Shown here: positions 12,201 to 24,905 of the stretch, one piece after another
Numbering within the stretch: the stretch's first letter is position 1
How the letters are laid out: each line of letters starts with the position of its first letter
Assembly: GCF_006345805.1 (NCBI RefSeq)
Contig: NC_043008.1
Coordinates: forward strand, 13,454,001-13,518,000
Origin: Octopus sinensis
Lineage: Eukaryota
Length of the DNA: 64,000 bases
Direction of reading: 5' to 3'
Made by a program: the position numbers and the translations under genes
Notes under the pieces: generated by a model
The model's input: only the letters and a program-made list of their open reading frames with translations
Databases searched by the model: none
Told to the model about the DNA's origin: nothing

Positions 12201-14740
12201 GTATCACGTCAGGTCGACGTTGCCAAATATCCCTATTTTGCCGTTATTATGGCTTATCAATACCATGTACTAGGATTGCCTCGAATCGAAAGGAACCGCA
12301 GCTCTAGGACTTATATGCAAGCAGACAGAAGTCTATTTGCTGAAGAGCTACTGCGTAGCACAAAAGGTGATATATTTGCGAGACGTAATTCTGAAGAATT
12401 AGTGAGAGTATTTGTATGTAGGATGGAAAAGTATATGTTAAGAGAAGACATGAGTTGCCCTGAATTCCATGGATCTTTGATATCAAGGATTGCACTGATT
12501 TTAAATAGAACGAGTTATATTGAGTAAAGAATAGGGATGACAGAAAATGGGCTACTTTTATGGTATTCCACCTGTTGAGGTGGATGACACCCTATGATGA
12601 TGATAGAAAACAATGAGTGCCGGTTCTTTACAACGTTTAATAAATGACCGGACAATTTGGTGGATGATGTATCACTTTCAAAGTTTGGAGTTATCAGGTG
12701 TGTTTTTATTATATAAGACTTATTGCAAACATCTGAGGAAAATAAATAGCGGCCGGTGGTTTATGGAAACATACAAATATACTTTGTAATTCGTGTGAAG
12801 GACGAACATATTATTAATAAAATATAATATGGAAATAAAAAATGGAATTGGTATGAAATATAAATACATGATTCTATTAAATATATTCCGAGAGACTAAT
12901 ATACAATGTGTGATTAAATGTATTATTGTATTAGTTGCTTATCACATTTGTAATCTGAAGGTTTAGAGTGAGATTTCAATGGAAGTGTTGCTTAAATTAG
13001 CTCTGATGTGTCACTTTCTATTAATTATTATCTTTTTGTTATTCAAAAATACTATTGTATGAGAAGCAGAGGTGAGTTTAAAAATAAACCCGGCAATTCA
13101 AATCTCTAAATACACTGTTTGGCTGTGTTCATTTGATTATTTTTCTTGACAGTTGAGGATTTCAGGTTTTAGAGAAAAGACTCAAGGCCACAGTAGTGAT
13201 TCCGTCGACCTTAACAAATATTATATATTTCTCACGGTGAAAAACCTTAGTTTTAGTTATATTTCCATTTCTTCAGCTTCGGCCTTACATTTATGACATC
13301 ATCACAAAGTCTACATCATTTTATTTAAATGTTAAAGAACTTTAAACGTCAATTTGTAAATGTAAAAAAATGTATTCCTGAAAATATGCTTCCTGCAAGT
13401 ACTTGAAATTATGCTTTGTTAAATGTCACATGGGTAATGTCAAATTTCACCACAAACTCACACACACACACAAACACACACACACACGCATACATGCATA
13501 TATATATATATATTGTGCGCGCGCGTTTGCGTGTGTGGGTGTGTAACATTTCATAGAAATTGTAGCGTGTCGAAGGAACGTTATGCATAGAAAGGTTGCT
13601 GACCTCGATTTTAAGTACTTGAACTTCTAAGTTTAATTTTTTTCATATTCAAATTTTGTAAAGAAAAAAGATTCAAAAGTTAAGATAAGACGAGAATTTG
13701 TATCAATCAAAATTAATAAATGTATTTGTTACTAAATAATCCAAGATATTGTGTGATGTTAAACTTCTAGTTTCTTTTAAAATTTATTAATATACATATT
13801 ACTCATACTGCAAATAATAAGGAACGCCGTTGAGCAACAGGTACGTTCGTATTAAGAAGAGAACGTGACACGTAATAATGTCTGAACGAAGCCAAGACAC
13901 TTCATTTCCGCTCTTTATACCCTCGGAAGGATATGGCAGTCACAACATTCAATTTCCTCTTTCCTCATAATACAATTATGTTCGCTTTGTCAAAAGATAA
14001 GTAATTTTACACATATAAAGTGCACAAGTGAGAATGAATCGAAAATTATTGTCAGAATTTTGATAACAATATGAGCGATTCTAGATGTATAGCAGTTTGT
14101 ACAATAATTCAATTATACGTCTATATTCAGATAATTATGTGATATATCAGCATAGAATCACTGACTGTTCAACAAAAATACCGTGATATATAACACTGAA
14201 AAACGTTTAATGTTTCATTACTGAATACGGAATTCTGAACATAATGTTCTATAGACTTTGTGAGACAGTTGCATTGTAACACTAGAACTTATCACATCAC
14301 TCTTGTATAAGAAGAGTGACTTTATGCGGTTGCTTGTCCTCGCAGAAGTAAGAGTCAAAACTCCTTCAAATGAAATTTTACCATATACCAAAGCGTATGC
14401 ATATTGCAAAGTGTAATTTGAGGCATTTAATGCCTCGCAAATTAGCTGATTACTGATTGCGTCATCTGATGGATTAGTGACTTTCTTTGATTTCGTCAAA
14501 GGTAAGAGGATCTTGTGTTAACCAAAATAGGAAGGAGCAACTAATGCTGATAATAAGGAATTTTTTAAATGGAACAATAATGACTGTATTTGTTTTGGGG
14601 AATATGAGTTTGTGTGCGGTATGAGTTATTTATTTGTGCCCATCTCCCGAACGTCAAGTGCCTCACAAGACGATAAGGTAAAGCGTAATCTGATTTTTAA
14701 TAATCAGGTGTCAGACATTTAGTGAGAGAACAGATAATAT

Positions 14741-14877
14741 TATTACGGAGATGTACTTGCATAGCATGTGACCTGATCTCAGATCGCAGCGTGGAAGGTG
14801 TTTATAAGCCATTTACGAAATTAAATTTAATTTGTGAAAAATTTTCGTCGCTTTGAGTCCGTTCGCTGACAAGTATA

Positions 14878-14927
<50 letters not shown>

Positions 14928-15135
14928 GGAGATGTACTTGCATAGCAACTAACCTGATCTGTGATCGTGTGCTGGAACGAAAACAATTGCAGCGTGGAAG
15001 GTGTGTATAAGCCATTTAAGAAACACACAAAATCCATTAGATTAACTTCAACATTTAAATTTAATTTGTCAAATATTGTCCTCGCTTTGAGGCCGTGACC
15101 TATTCACTGACAAAATTCCGTGCTGCATCTCTGAT
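14741..15135 (+). repeat. Two diverged copies of an interspersed repeat separated by (TA)n
   Basis: GGAGATGTACTTGCATAGCA...GCAGCGTGGAAGGTGT..ATAAGCCATTTA in both 14741-14873 and 14921-15135. Confidence 0.85.
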
Positions 15136-15417
15136 AATATAATGATGGAGAGAATAACATATGTGTGTGTTAACTATGATTTTCTATGGCAAATTTGTAA
15201 AGATCTTTAGTTTTCTGGGTATTAATTACGTAATGTCTTTTAATTTTGTATAGTCACTCTATAATATTGCATCTTGTTAGTGTGGCAGAGGAAATTCTAG
15301 AACGATGTACAGGGAGTGCGGTTTACCTAACAGCCAGGAAGAAGATTGTTTAAAAATAAATTCCGAACAGTTACGAAATCGCTCGACAGTTTAAAATATT
15401 GTCGATTAATGCACGAG

Positions 15418-15450
15418 TATATAAGGAGGGCCTAGTCTCTGTGCGCAGTT
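15418..15450 (+). promoter_or_regulatory. Candidate Pol II core promoter (TATA plus Inr-like)
   Basis: TATATAAG at 15418-15425 and GCAGTT with A at 15447 (29 nt from the first T), at the edge of a locally GC-richer unique block. Confidence 0.35.
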
Positions 15451-16921
15451 AAGTAGCAAGAAGAAACCAATCAGTGTGAAAGTAATTAACAAAGAACTGC
15501 ATTTCACGAGACGTGTGTTTAGAAGAAACGACTCCTTCCTTGGACAGGTTGACTTGCTGGGCTGGCCTGCGGGTTCCCTGCTGCTAAATTTCGCTGCTGG
15601 AGCGGGGTTGGTACAGAGGGACCCTGCGTTTTGCAAAGTATTTAATTTTTACTTAAGGGTTGCTGATAATTATGCGACATCTGTTAGAAATATCGATGTT
15701 TTCTTAAAACGTTAAGCGAAAAATTTAAGTTGCTTTTAGAATGAGTAAATAACGAAACAAAGAATGGTGAACAAACAAGCAGGCATTTATATTTGAAAAC
15801 TTTGTAAAATTACTTTAAAATGTAAGTATACTCGGTGTGTGCTAGCTGAATATCAAGCAGGGGCTTAGAGCCATAATTTGTGTTCCTCGTATTTGTAACA
15901 ACTGTTGGAATTGATAGCCTTTATGCTTATCAGAACTGACAAGATTTACCTCCTAACACATTGCATTGGGTTAATGGTGTGTGAAAACTAAACGCACGAT
16001 ACATTAATCTACATTACTGCACTTTATTGTTGCAAAGATAAGGAGAATATTGTTTAGAAGCTAAAAAGTTAGTACTTATCTAATGTTACAGCCTTTCTCT
16101 ATCGCTCTGTGCAAGTAAAAGGCAGGTTATGTCCAACAATCAGACGATTCACAAAGGAAGAGAACAATTTTTTAAATAATTTGACGTCAAGAGATTATGT
16201 TTCCCTATAAAACTACTTCAGCAAAGGTATAAATTTAAAGAAAATACAGTTTCAGGCAGTCAGAAGTTTATAATAAAGTGGTGTCTTCAGAGTTTGTATT
16301 TAGAATTGCTATGAGAAGTTCATGTATATATATATATTAATCATTAAGGGTACTAACAGGAGGAACCGAGATACTGACCGAACAGTCAAAATTACGAAAC
16401 CATAAATTTTCACTTAAACACAAATGTCTGTCAGTACGTGTCGAGGCACCTGACTGACCGCTGATTATAATTATGTATATAATTATAGAATATTTTGTAT
16501 AATTTACATAAAAATGCTTTTTAACGTACTGACTACTTAGGGTAAAATTAATTGATTAATAATTTTACTAGGTTATTATTAAAATAGGTAGATAGGTAGA
16601 TATATAGATTGATAGATATATACTTTTAGATATATGTGTGTGAATGAATGTATGTGTGTATTTTGTATAATATATAATATATATATGCGTTTCTGTTGCT
16701 CATTCTATAAATTCATCGCACTAATTTTATCAAATATAAATATATCAGTAATTTTATGTTGCTAGCCTTCTAAATCATCTCTGGATTTAAGTTTAAGCTT
16801 TATATACATATAAATAGATAGACAGACAGAAAGCTAGCTAGATAGATAGACAGTCAGATAGATAGATAGATAGATAGAGAGAGGCACAGACACTTAGATA
16901 CACACACATATATATACATAG

Positions 16922-16967
<46 letters not shown>

Positions 16968-19094
16968 ACACTCACACATATATAATTATATATCTATACA
17001 GGAATTTTTGCATGTATACGCAAACACACATTTTCCGTGAGAGACAGATACATGAACAGAATGATACAATATTGGTTTCAAATTTTGGCACAAAAACAAT
17101 GATTCAGAGGGTGAGGGCAAGTCGATTGCACCGACAGTTCAAATGGTTCTTATTTTATCGACTCCGAAGTATGAATGTCAAAGTCTGCGGAATTGGAAAC
17201 CAGAACGTAAAGACGGACGAAATGCAGCTAAGCATTTTGCTCTGCGTGCTCGCCATTCTCTCATCTTGCTTCCTTATAGAATGATATGATTCTGAATGCT
17301 GAATAATTAAAATTCAAATGTGAAAACAAATGAAACATTGAAATTTTCTCAAATCTAGATTTTCTTTCAAAGGTATCTGTAGCAATGAACTCCACTTGGC
17401 TGTAAACCATATCTTTTTTTTTTCTTGAATTAATCTCGGTAACCGTGTTGTGGAATATATCAAGAAGTGGGAGAGAAATATAGTTAAGTCTCAAGAGCTA
17501 CTTTCATTATTGTACCATGCACAATGAAGACTGAAATTCTATCGTATCTGGTTTTGACCTCACCGATAAATGACAGCATATTAGCAAAATATCATTTCAA
17601 TATCAACAGACAATCGAGTAGCAGCGGTGGCTTTTGTGTAAATAAATGGAAACAAATAAAGCATATCCGGTTTTTCCCTTGAGTACCATAAAATGTAGAC
17701 GTAAGCCTCTACTCGTTTCAAGAATATGAGATTGAAAATTGTTCGCTCTCCGATAGAAGTTCCATCAACGCCTATTTTGTATTGTTTTCACGAGAATAGA
17801 AAATGGAAATGAAAAGAAAACAAAAGTTTTCTTCAGCATCAACATAATTGCGATATTATTGTGTGAAATTTCTGTGTAATTTGAAGCTATAATAAGTATT
17901 ATGATGCTACCTAGTTTTAGTAAGTTTAGCTGCTAACCTATATATTTAAGTATTAATTTCGTTACCAGAACTCAAAGTATTGTTTTGTTGTTTTTTTATT
18001 ATTGTTAAAGTATAATAGAATATACACTCTAAATGCATTTAAATCATGTATTTATGTTGAAATAAACAATTTCTGCTTCAATTGAATTCATAACGTTTAT
18101 ATAAAATGGTCGATATGTTGACCGAAATATATTTTCTTCTATCAACTTGTATTTGAATTACATGTATCAAATATGTTTAGTTAGCACGTTTTATACATCG
18201 CCCATTGTATTGCCAGCATTTATATTTTTGTATTGTAGGCATTTATATTCAATCATTTTGGTAATGTAAAATAGAATTTTCGGTACTGAGGGCATATAGT
18301 GACGTATTGCCCAATTTTAGGAGTCTAGACTGACTGCCCAATATTGCCTATTTAGCGTTGTGTCTAACATAAATATAAAAATTTCCTTAATTTTCAAACT
18401 GATTGACACTGTTGGGAGTGTAAATACATGTAGTAAAGTAATATTTGATAAATTAGTAGTGGAAAAAATTATTCGACCTATCCATTTCTTCTATAAGATA
18501 TCATATATTGATATCTATTTCTGGGACAAATTCATATTTACGTCTTGCGAGACAGATACATAAAGAGAATGATACAATATTGAGAGACAGATACATGAAC
18601 GCAGGTATTCCAAGGTGAAATCAGCGTGGACGGAAACCACACGTCGAGCAAAATGGCAAAAGCTCGCTCGATCTCTATACAGCAAAGACTTTTAATGACT
18701 ATTCTTAACAGTTGTCAACCCTGGGCTTCTTTCCTTTTCTCCAGCATGGAATCCAGTGTTGCCTAACAGAAGCATAATGCATCATCCAGTTTCTGTTGGT
18801 TTTCAACTGTCATTGATGCTGCTGAAGCTTTGCTCATTTTTCTAAGAAGAGATGCTGGCACTACGAAATACATTTATTTTTGCATCTGGAAAGACGTGGT
18901 GCGTATTACAATGACCTCAGTCATTTGAACGCTTTTGCATGTGGTGATTCAATTGGAAATTGCACTCCGTACGCATAGAACTCAGTGTCATTGAGGCGAA
19001 AAGCTACCTCGCCGAAACAAGGACGAGATGCAGTGGTGGAAATTTATACCTTGTAAGGTACATAATATATTCGTTTCTTACCTGTATATTTCTT

Positions 19095-19296
19095 TTCTTT
19101 TAACTATTTCTGTTACTTGACTGCGGCCATACTACATCACCTCCTTAAAGGATGGACTTTTTCAGTCGAAGAAATCGCCCCCAGGACTTATTCTTTGTAA
19201 GTCTAGTACTTATTCTATCGGTCGCTTATGCCAAAACGCTCGGTAACAGGGAAGTAAACAAGCCAGCGTCGGTTGAAAAGTGACTGTTGGGGGACA
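19095..19296 (-). mobile_element. SINE family A 3' tail, diverged
   Basis: GACTTATTCTTTGTAAG.CTAGTACTTATTCTATCGGTC matches the tails at 27915 and 41345. Confidence 0.75.
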
Positions 19297-19343
19297 TATA
19301 CATATATGTAAATATATATAAATAAATATATGTATGTATATAG

Positions 19344-19409
<66 letters not shown>

Positions 19410-19413
<4 letters not shown>

Positions 19414-20250
19414 CAGGTTGAGTCGAAAACTCATTGTATAATGGAGTGACTGGTATGAAAAGGAGGCTTCAATTAAGGAGAGAAATCTGGGCTTCAGTGA
19501 GGGAGAGATCAGGAGAGGTATAGTAACAATAGAGAGAAGGCGAGTGGTACGATGGGAAGGTGAGGAGTAGTGAGAGATTGGTAGCATACAAACGATTGAC
19601 AGAGTGAACAACCAAAGGGAGCAGCAGAAGATGGAGTAAGCAACAAGAGAGAGAAGGCGCTCAAGGATTGGTATTTGAAGAATTTGGAACGGACAGTGGG
19701 ACGCATAAAATGGTAAGATGTGGTACAGAGGACGGATAAGATGGTGGAAGCAGAATTGAAGTTAAGTTGGAAAAGTAGGCGAAAGCCTTTGGGGATGAGA
19801 CTGAAGTGAAGGCAGAGACTGAAGAAGGAAATATGATTAACGGTTCTATTTTTTAAAGAAAAGTGAGTAGGGTAAGTGTGAGAGAACATTGGAGGCAGCA
19901 GAGAGGAAATGAGATGAGATAATGTTTGAAGCGGTGGTGTAGGTAGAGGAGGAAAGATTTACGGTCAGGTATCTTAGAATGAGAAATTAAAGTAAGAAAA
20001 TAAAAGAAGACAAAATGGCAAAGTTAGTAACGTAGGAGGTTTACAAGGTCAAATGTTCAAAATTTAAGAGAAGTGGTGGGAGATTGTTATGATACAAATC
20101 AACAAGGATATAGAGTGAGGTCTATGATGGCAGAGTCCGAGAAGTATACATTTCGGAAGGTAGTCCGGGTGGAATAGTGGTAATTTGGTTGGGGAAAAGT
20201 ACCAAAGATCTGAGAGGTTAGGAGAGATGAGGGCCCTAGAGAGAAGTAAG
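19410..20250 (-). mobile_element. Penelope-like retroelement ORF remnant (N-terminal region)
   Basis: Minus-strand translation NHISFFSLCLHFSLIPKGFRLLF resembles the H(I/L)xFLxxCxxxxLIPKG(F/L)RL motif of Penelope ORF N-termini; strongly strand-biased composition; frameshifted. Confidence 0.6.
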
Positions 20251-21137
20251 TTTCTCTATGCATAATCAGACTCTTCCTCTATGCATTATCAGTTTCAATA
20301 ATGTTCCAAATAATTAAACAGAATCAATTAAAGTCGGCAGTACTTTGACCAAGGGAAGAATATTTCACTGATTTTAGCCACGTAAGGTGACTGTTCCTTT
20401 GATTCAGTACATGACTTAATCTGAGGAACAATCTTACCAGTAATGAACTCATGATAAGCATCCAAACATTCCTCTTAGTGAATATATCTAATTTCCACTG
20501 CCAAAAGAAGCATTATCCGAGCACGGAAAGTATGACTGTAATGGTTTGATTATACTTTCATAGACTAATTGATATAGGGCATTTCCGAATGCAAGACAGT
20601 TTTTGGATTCAATCCTTTTAAGCTGAAGGATGAAAGGACAGGTCTAACATAACTTAAATTAAGTCAAATCACGGAAGCCAATGGAATTCAATGTAAGAAT
20701 GGACACGGAGCACATTTTCTCGTTTAGACGTGGTGAATTATGCGTAATTAATGCACAAATTAGAGGATATTGTACAACTTGTAAATAAAACCATCAGCGT
20801 GAGTTTTAAAAGCTGGATAACAATTTAATCTATGAATAAGATATCTAAAATAAGATGCAATATAGAATGGTTTATTCATTAAGGAAACAAGAAATTCCTA
20901 TGTTAATGAAAATATTAGCAATTGAAAAGAGTAACGAATATAATTAAATATATTTCAATAAATCTTTTCACATAGAAAACGATGATAGACTGTTGGAAAA
21001 TGAAGGAATAATTGGTTCAAACAAAGGAGACGTCTCTGTAAGTTAAAGCTGTGGTTAATTTTGCTCTCACGCACAAACACTGTTCACCATCAAAAATTTA
21101 AATATCCATTCCCCGTCTGGACCAATATCTTCACAGG

Positions 21138-21157
21138 GTGCATTATTATCATAATTA

Positions 21158-21214
<57 letters not shown>

Positions 21215-21860
21215 TCATTATTATTGAATGGGAGAGCAGTGCATGCCATCAAAGTGACGCAGGGATAAGATATACGAAGCCCAGGATACCCATCATGACT
21301 ACCCGTCTCATAAGGGTACGTCAGGCACATGCATCACAAATATTTGTACGCGATATGGTGATCTCATATCAAGATAAACAGCACATGACCTTGCAGGTGT
21401 GGGCCCAGTTAGAATTTCCTTCTGGTTGAGTATACCATCCTGCTCAAAAGGTCCCTGAATAAGGGTTGTTTAAGGATGTTGAACGAAACACCTATGTTTC
21501 CAGAGGTCATTTATTCAAACCCCAAACAGACCTTCTCAATTCTCAACACATGGCTATGATGCTCCCCCACTGCTTCTGCTCGTGATCAAAGATGCACATA
21601 TCGTCAGCCACTAAAGAACATGCTCAACTGGCTAAGGTCAAACAACTGACAAGCAAGTCTGGTGGTATTCAGCAGAATATTTGCTGTAGCCCATTTTTTA
21701 TACCAAAACAAAAAGATGTACATGATAACACTTTCAATCAGTTAAGATCAGAAGCCATGAGAGCCACTGCCTGGTACTGCACCAGGGCAATTATTATTAT
21801 TATTATAATTATTATTAATATTATTATTATTATTATTATCATTATTATTATTATTATTAA
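21138..21860. repeat. Interspersed repeat (~560 bp) bracketed by (ATT)n tracts
   Basis: (ATT)n at ~21138-21226 and ~21790-21860 flank a GC-richer block with no coding signal. Confidence 0.5.
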
Positions 21861-22479
21861 CTCATATTATGGTTGTCTGAATAGGGTTTAACCAAAGCGT
21901 TTCAGTAAAGTATGCATCAAATGGGTACACTCCAGCCAATATTCTAACTAATTAGATGTTTACTAAAGTTTAACTATATTCGACAAGCATTTTATTTACA
22001 CCAATGGTTTCCTTACTCTGACTGTATATAAAAAAAAACAGTTTATGCAAAAGATATCAACCGTCATTTCCCATTAATTTGATGATGGTAACACACAACG
22101 AACAATTACGTTCTCCAAAAGATATTCAAGAAGCATCATACGTGTATCAGCTCCTGAAATAGAGCTCTGCAAATTATCATGAAGCTATGACTCCCCTGGA
22201 AACATTCGTCGCAATATTAAAATAAAGTAATCCTTCCCTACTTTCCCATAACAAATGTTATAAAAGCATTTTATCATCCTAGATTACGACTTACAATATC
22301 CAATGACTTTCGTTTTGTTGATCAGTATATAGAAATACATTTGGAGTGCACTCACCCGTCAAACTCTAAAACTATTCCTATCTTCTCCTTTGACATTGCG
22401 TAATCATTTATCGTTAGTTCATTGTTGTTAAAAATATATGTTAACGCAAACTTAATTATTGTCTATGTGAATATATGTG

Positions 22480-22540
22480 TGTGTGTGAGAGAGAGAGAGA
22501 GAGACAGAGAGAGTGTGTGTGTGTGTGTGTGTGTGTTTGC

Positions 22541-22574
<34 letters not shown>

Positions 22575-22830
22575 ACGTGAGAGAGAGAGTATTTGTGTGT
22601 GTGAATGTATATATCCGCATTGTACACCAGTGAAAGTTATATGCCTTACATCTCCGAGTAGTGACCTAAGAAGCGCACACAGCAAGAGATAATTCTATAT
22701 CAGTAAATGTGTATACATGTGCCTCTATGTGTCTGTGTGTGTGTGAGTTTGTGTGTCTGTGTGCGAGTGTGTCTATGTGTGAGTCTGTGTGTGCGTGTGT
22801 CTGTGTATGTGTGTGTGTGTGTCTGCTTAA
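22480..22830. repeat. (GA)n/(GT)n microsatellites
   Basis: Directly visible. Confidence 0.9.
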
Positions 22831-24199
22831 GGAGAAAATGATAAAAAGACCGGGAAGAAGGAATAAATTTACCATTTATCACAGGAGAGGAAAACCGAAT
22901 AATTGGAACGGAGTGGCAACGGATTAATTATATTTCTGAATTCCATATGTAAACGTATACATATTTTCTTTTTTAAAAAATACTCTTCTTCCTTTATAGC
23001 ACACGGTAGATGAGGCAGCTCTTTCGAAAATGTATTCTTTCCTCGCTATATATACTTGCTTGCAGACATGAACGTTCTTCAATAGATATTCACGAAGCGT
23101 CTATAATAAAAGTTTATTGGATTCAATATTGCATTACTTTTTCGTCTACACTGTCTTCTTATGTTTATCATGATCAAAGCTGTTTATTGTAGTTAGATGG
23201 AATTCACTAAGTTCAATAAAAAAAAAAATTTAAATTGCTTAAAATTTCAAACATTAAGTTTCCACTTGTCTCAAAGCAGAACGTTCAAAATTACTTCTCT
23301 TTTGTATTTTGTTCGTGATTAAATCCATTTTGTATCTGCTTCAAACCGATGTATGTAGCAGGTGAACATTACGCTTATCTCTATGCCTCCAATGATTAAA
23401 AAATCGCCGGTTAAATGTACGTTTGCAAGAATTTTAGTTTAAAATTGAATTCGCATCCTATGTATACAGAACAGAGTACATGCTAGCCACTTATCACTAG
23501 AATGTACAATGAAGTGAAGAGGAGAATAATTGCGATCGGATGCAGATACAGAAATACAATTATCACCTGCTGTAAACTTTAGTTTGCAGTCAAAAATCGA
23601 TTTAATCCAGAAAAGCATATAGAACGTTTGGAATTCATGTCAAAATATAACTTTATTATTTAATATTCTTTTCCAGTAATGGCCCGCTAAATTCAGTTCC
23701 CAGTAGCCTATATACAAATGTGGTAAATAAAAAGAAAATAATATGAAAGCTGTAACATTATTCCTTGTAATGTTTAATATTCTTTTATAGTTTCAGTCCT
23801 TAGACTGCGAACATAATCCTTGAACTCTAGTTTTTCATTGCATTCGATACAATGGTAATACAGACTTTACAATCACCAGTACTGGAGAAGAATGTGGAAG
23901 CGAGTTTCATGTGCAGTCAGCGTGGAGAAAACAGATGTCATTTACAATAAAGGGATCTGATTTTAATAAATTAAGAGATCGAAATTTTTATAGAATAAAA
24001 TTCTGATAGACAGACAAGCAATTCCCTCCTGGTTTTCCCACCCCACTACAATCATTTTTTTTTCTGGTCTAAGAGTTTAGCTATAATTTGGATATGGATC
24101 TCGTTCCGAACTGAAAAGTACTGGTAAAGTAAGCACGTGCATGCACACATACATATGCATATACAGTTATACACATATAACTGTATATCTACATAAGTG

Positions 24200-24267
<68 letters not shown>

Positions 24268-24397
24268 GGGTCAGCTAAAACGATATATACACCCTGCAGG
24301 AAGAAAAATATCTGTATAAATATTTAACCTGTATAAGAATCTTTATAAATATAGATACTTCTTCGATGTTTTTTTCAAATTGGGATAATATATATAT

Positions 24398-24480
24398 ATG
24401 AAGGCTGGAGGGTATATCAGCCGAAACGTTGTGTTAACAACTAAGAAGATGAGGACAAATATCCATTAAATAATGTAAAT
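24398..24480 (+). mobile_element. 5'-truncated copy of the hammerhead-bearing SINE tail
   Basis: ATGAAGGCTGGAGGGTATATCAGCCGAAACGTTGTG...GATGAGGACAAATATCC matches 40001-40070; the CUG and stem I 5' strand are missing. Confidence 0.8.
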
Positions 24481-24494
24481 ATTGTACGTAATCA

Positions 24495-24610
24495 ACAGGC
24501 GCTTATTTTATATCGAATCCGAAAGGATGAAAGACGCAGTCGACCTCAGCGGATTTCGAACTCGGATCGTAAAGATGAACAAAATGTCTAACGATTTCGC
24601 CTGCTCGCTA
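24495..24610 (-). mobile_element. SINE family B fragment
   Basis: CCGAAAGGATGAAAG..AGTCGACCTC.GCGGA core. Confidence 0.75.
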
Positions 24611-24747
24611 TTCTAAGTATGTATTAGATTTTGAAGCATTATGTCAACCAAGTACTAAAATATATAAAGATCATCCCATAGGATTTTTTTTCTCTCTACT
24701 TTCAGCTGAGAGCTGCGTCCATGCTGATGCACCGCCGTTTTAAGATT

Positions 24748-24905
24748 GGCGAAACAGTCAGCAAAAGTTCGCCATTACCTTCTGCCGGAGCCGCTTGGAG
24801 CTTAGGTGTTTCGCTCATAAACACAAACATCATCCGGTCTGGGAGTCGAACCCGCGATTCCTCGTCCGCGAGTCCGCTGCTCTAACCACTAGGCCACGTG
24901 CCACC
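24748..24905 (-). mobile_element. SINE family C head
   Basis: Reverse complement has A box TGGCCTAGTGGTTAG and B box GTTCGACTCC. Confidence 0.85.

Noticed and set aside
15476-15715. 79-aa ORF (MKVINKEL...) as a protein-coding gene
   Set aside because: It starts at GTG, has no recognisable domain, and an overlapping antisense ORF reflects local GC richness; a UTR or ncRNA reading fits better.
17221-17284. Signal-peptide-like MQLSILLCVLAILSSCFLIE
   Set aside because: It stops after 20 codons with no splice donor; the pyrimidine-rich stretch explains the hydrophobic residues.
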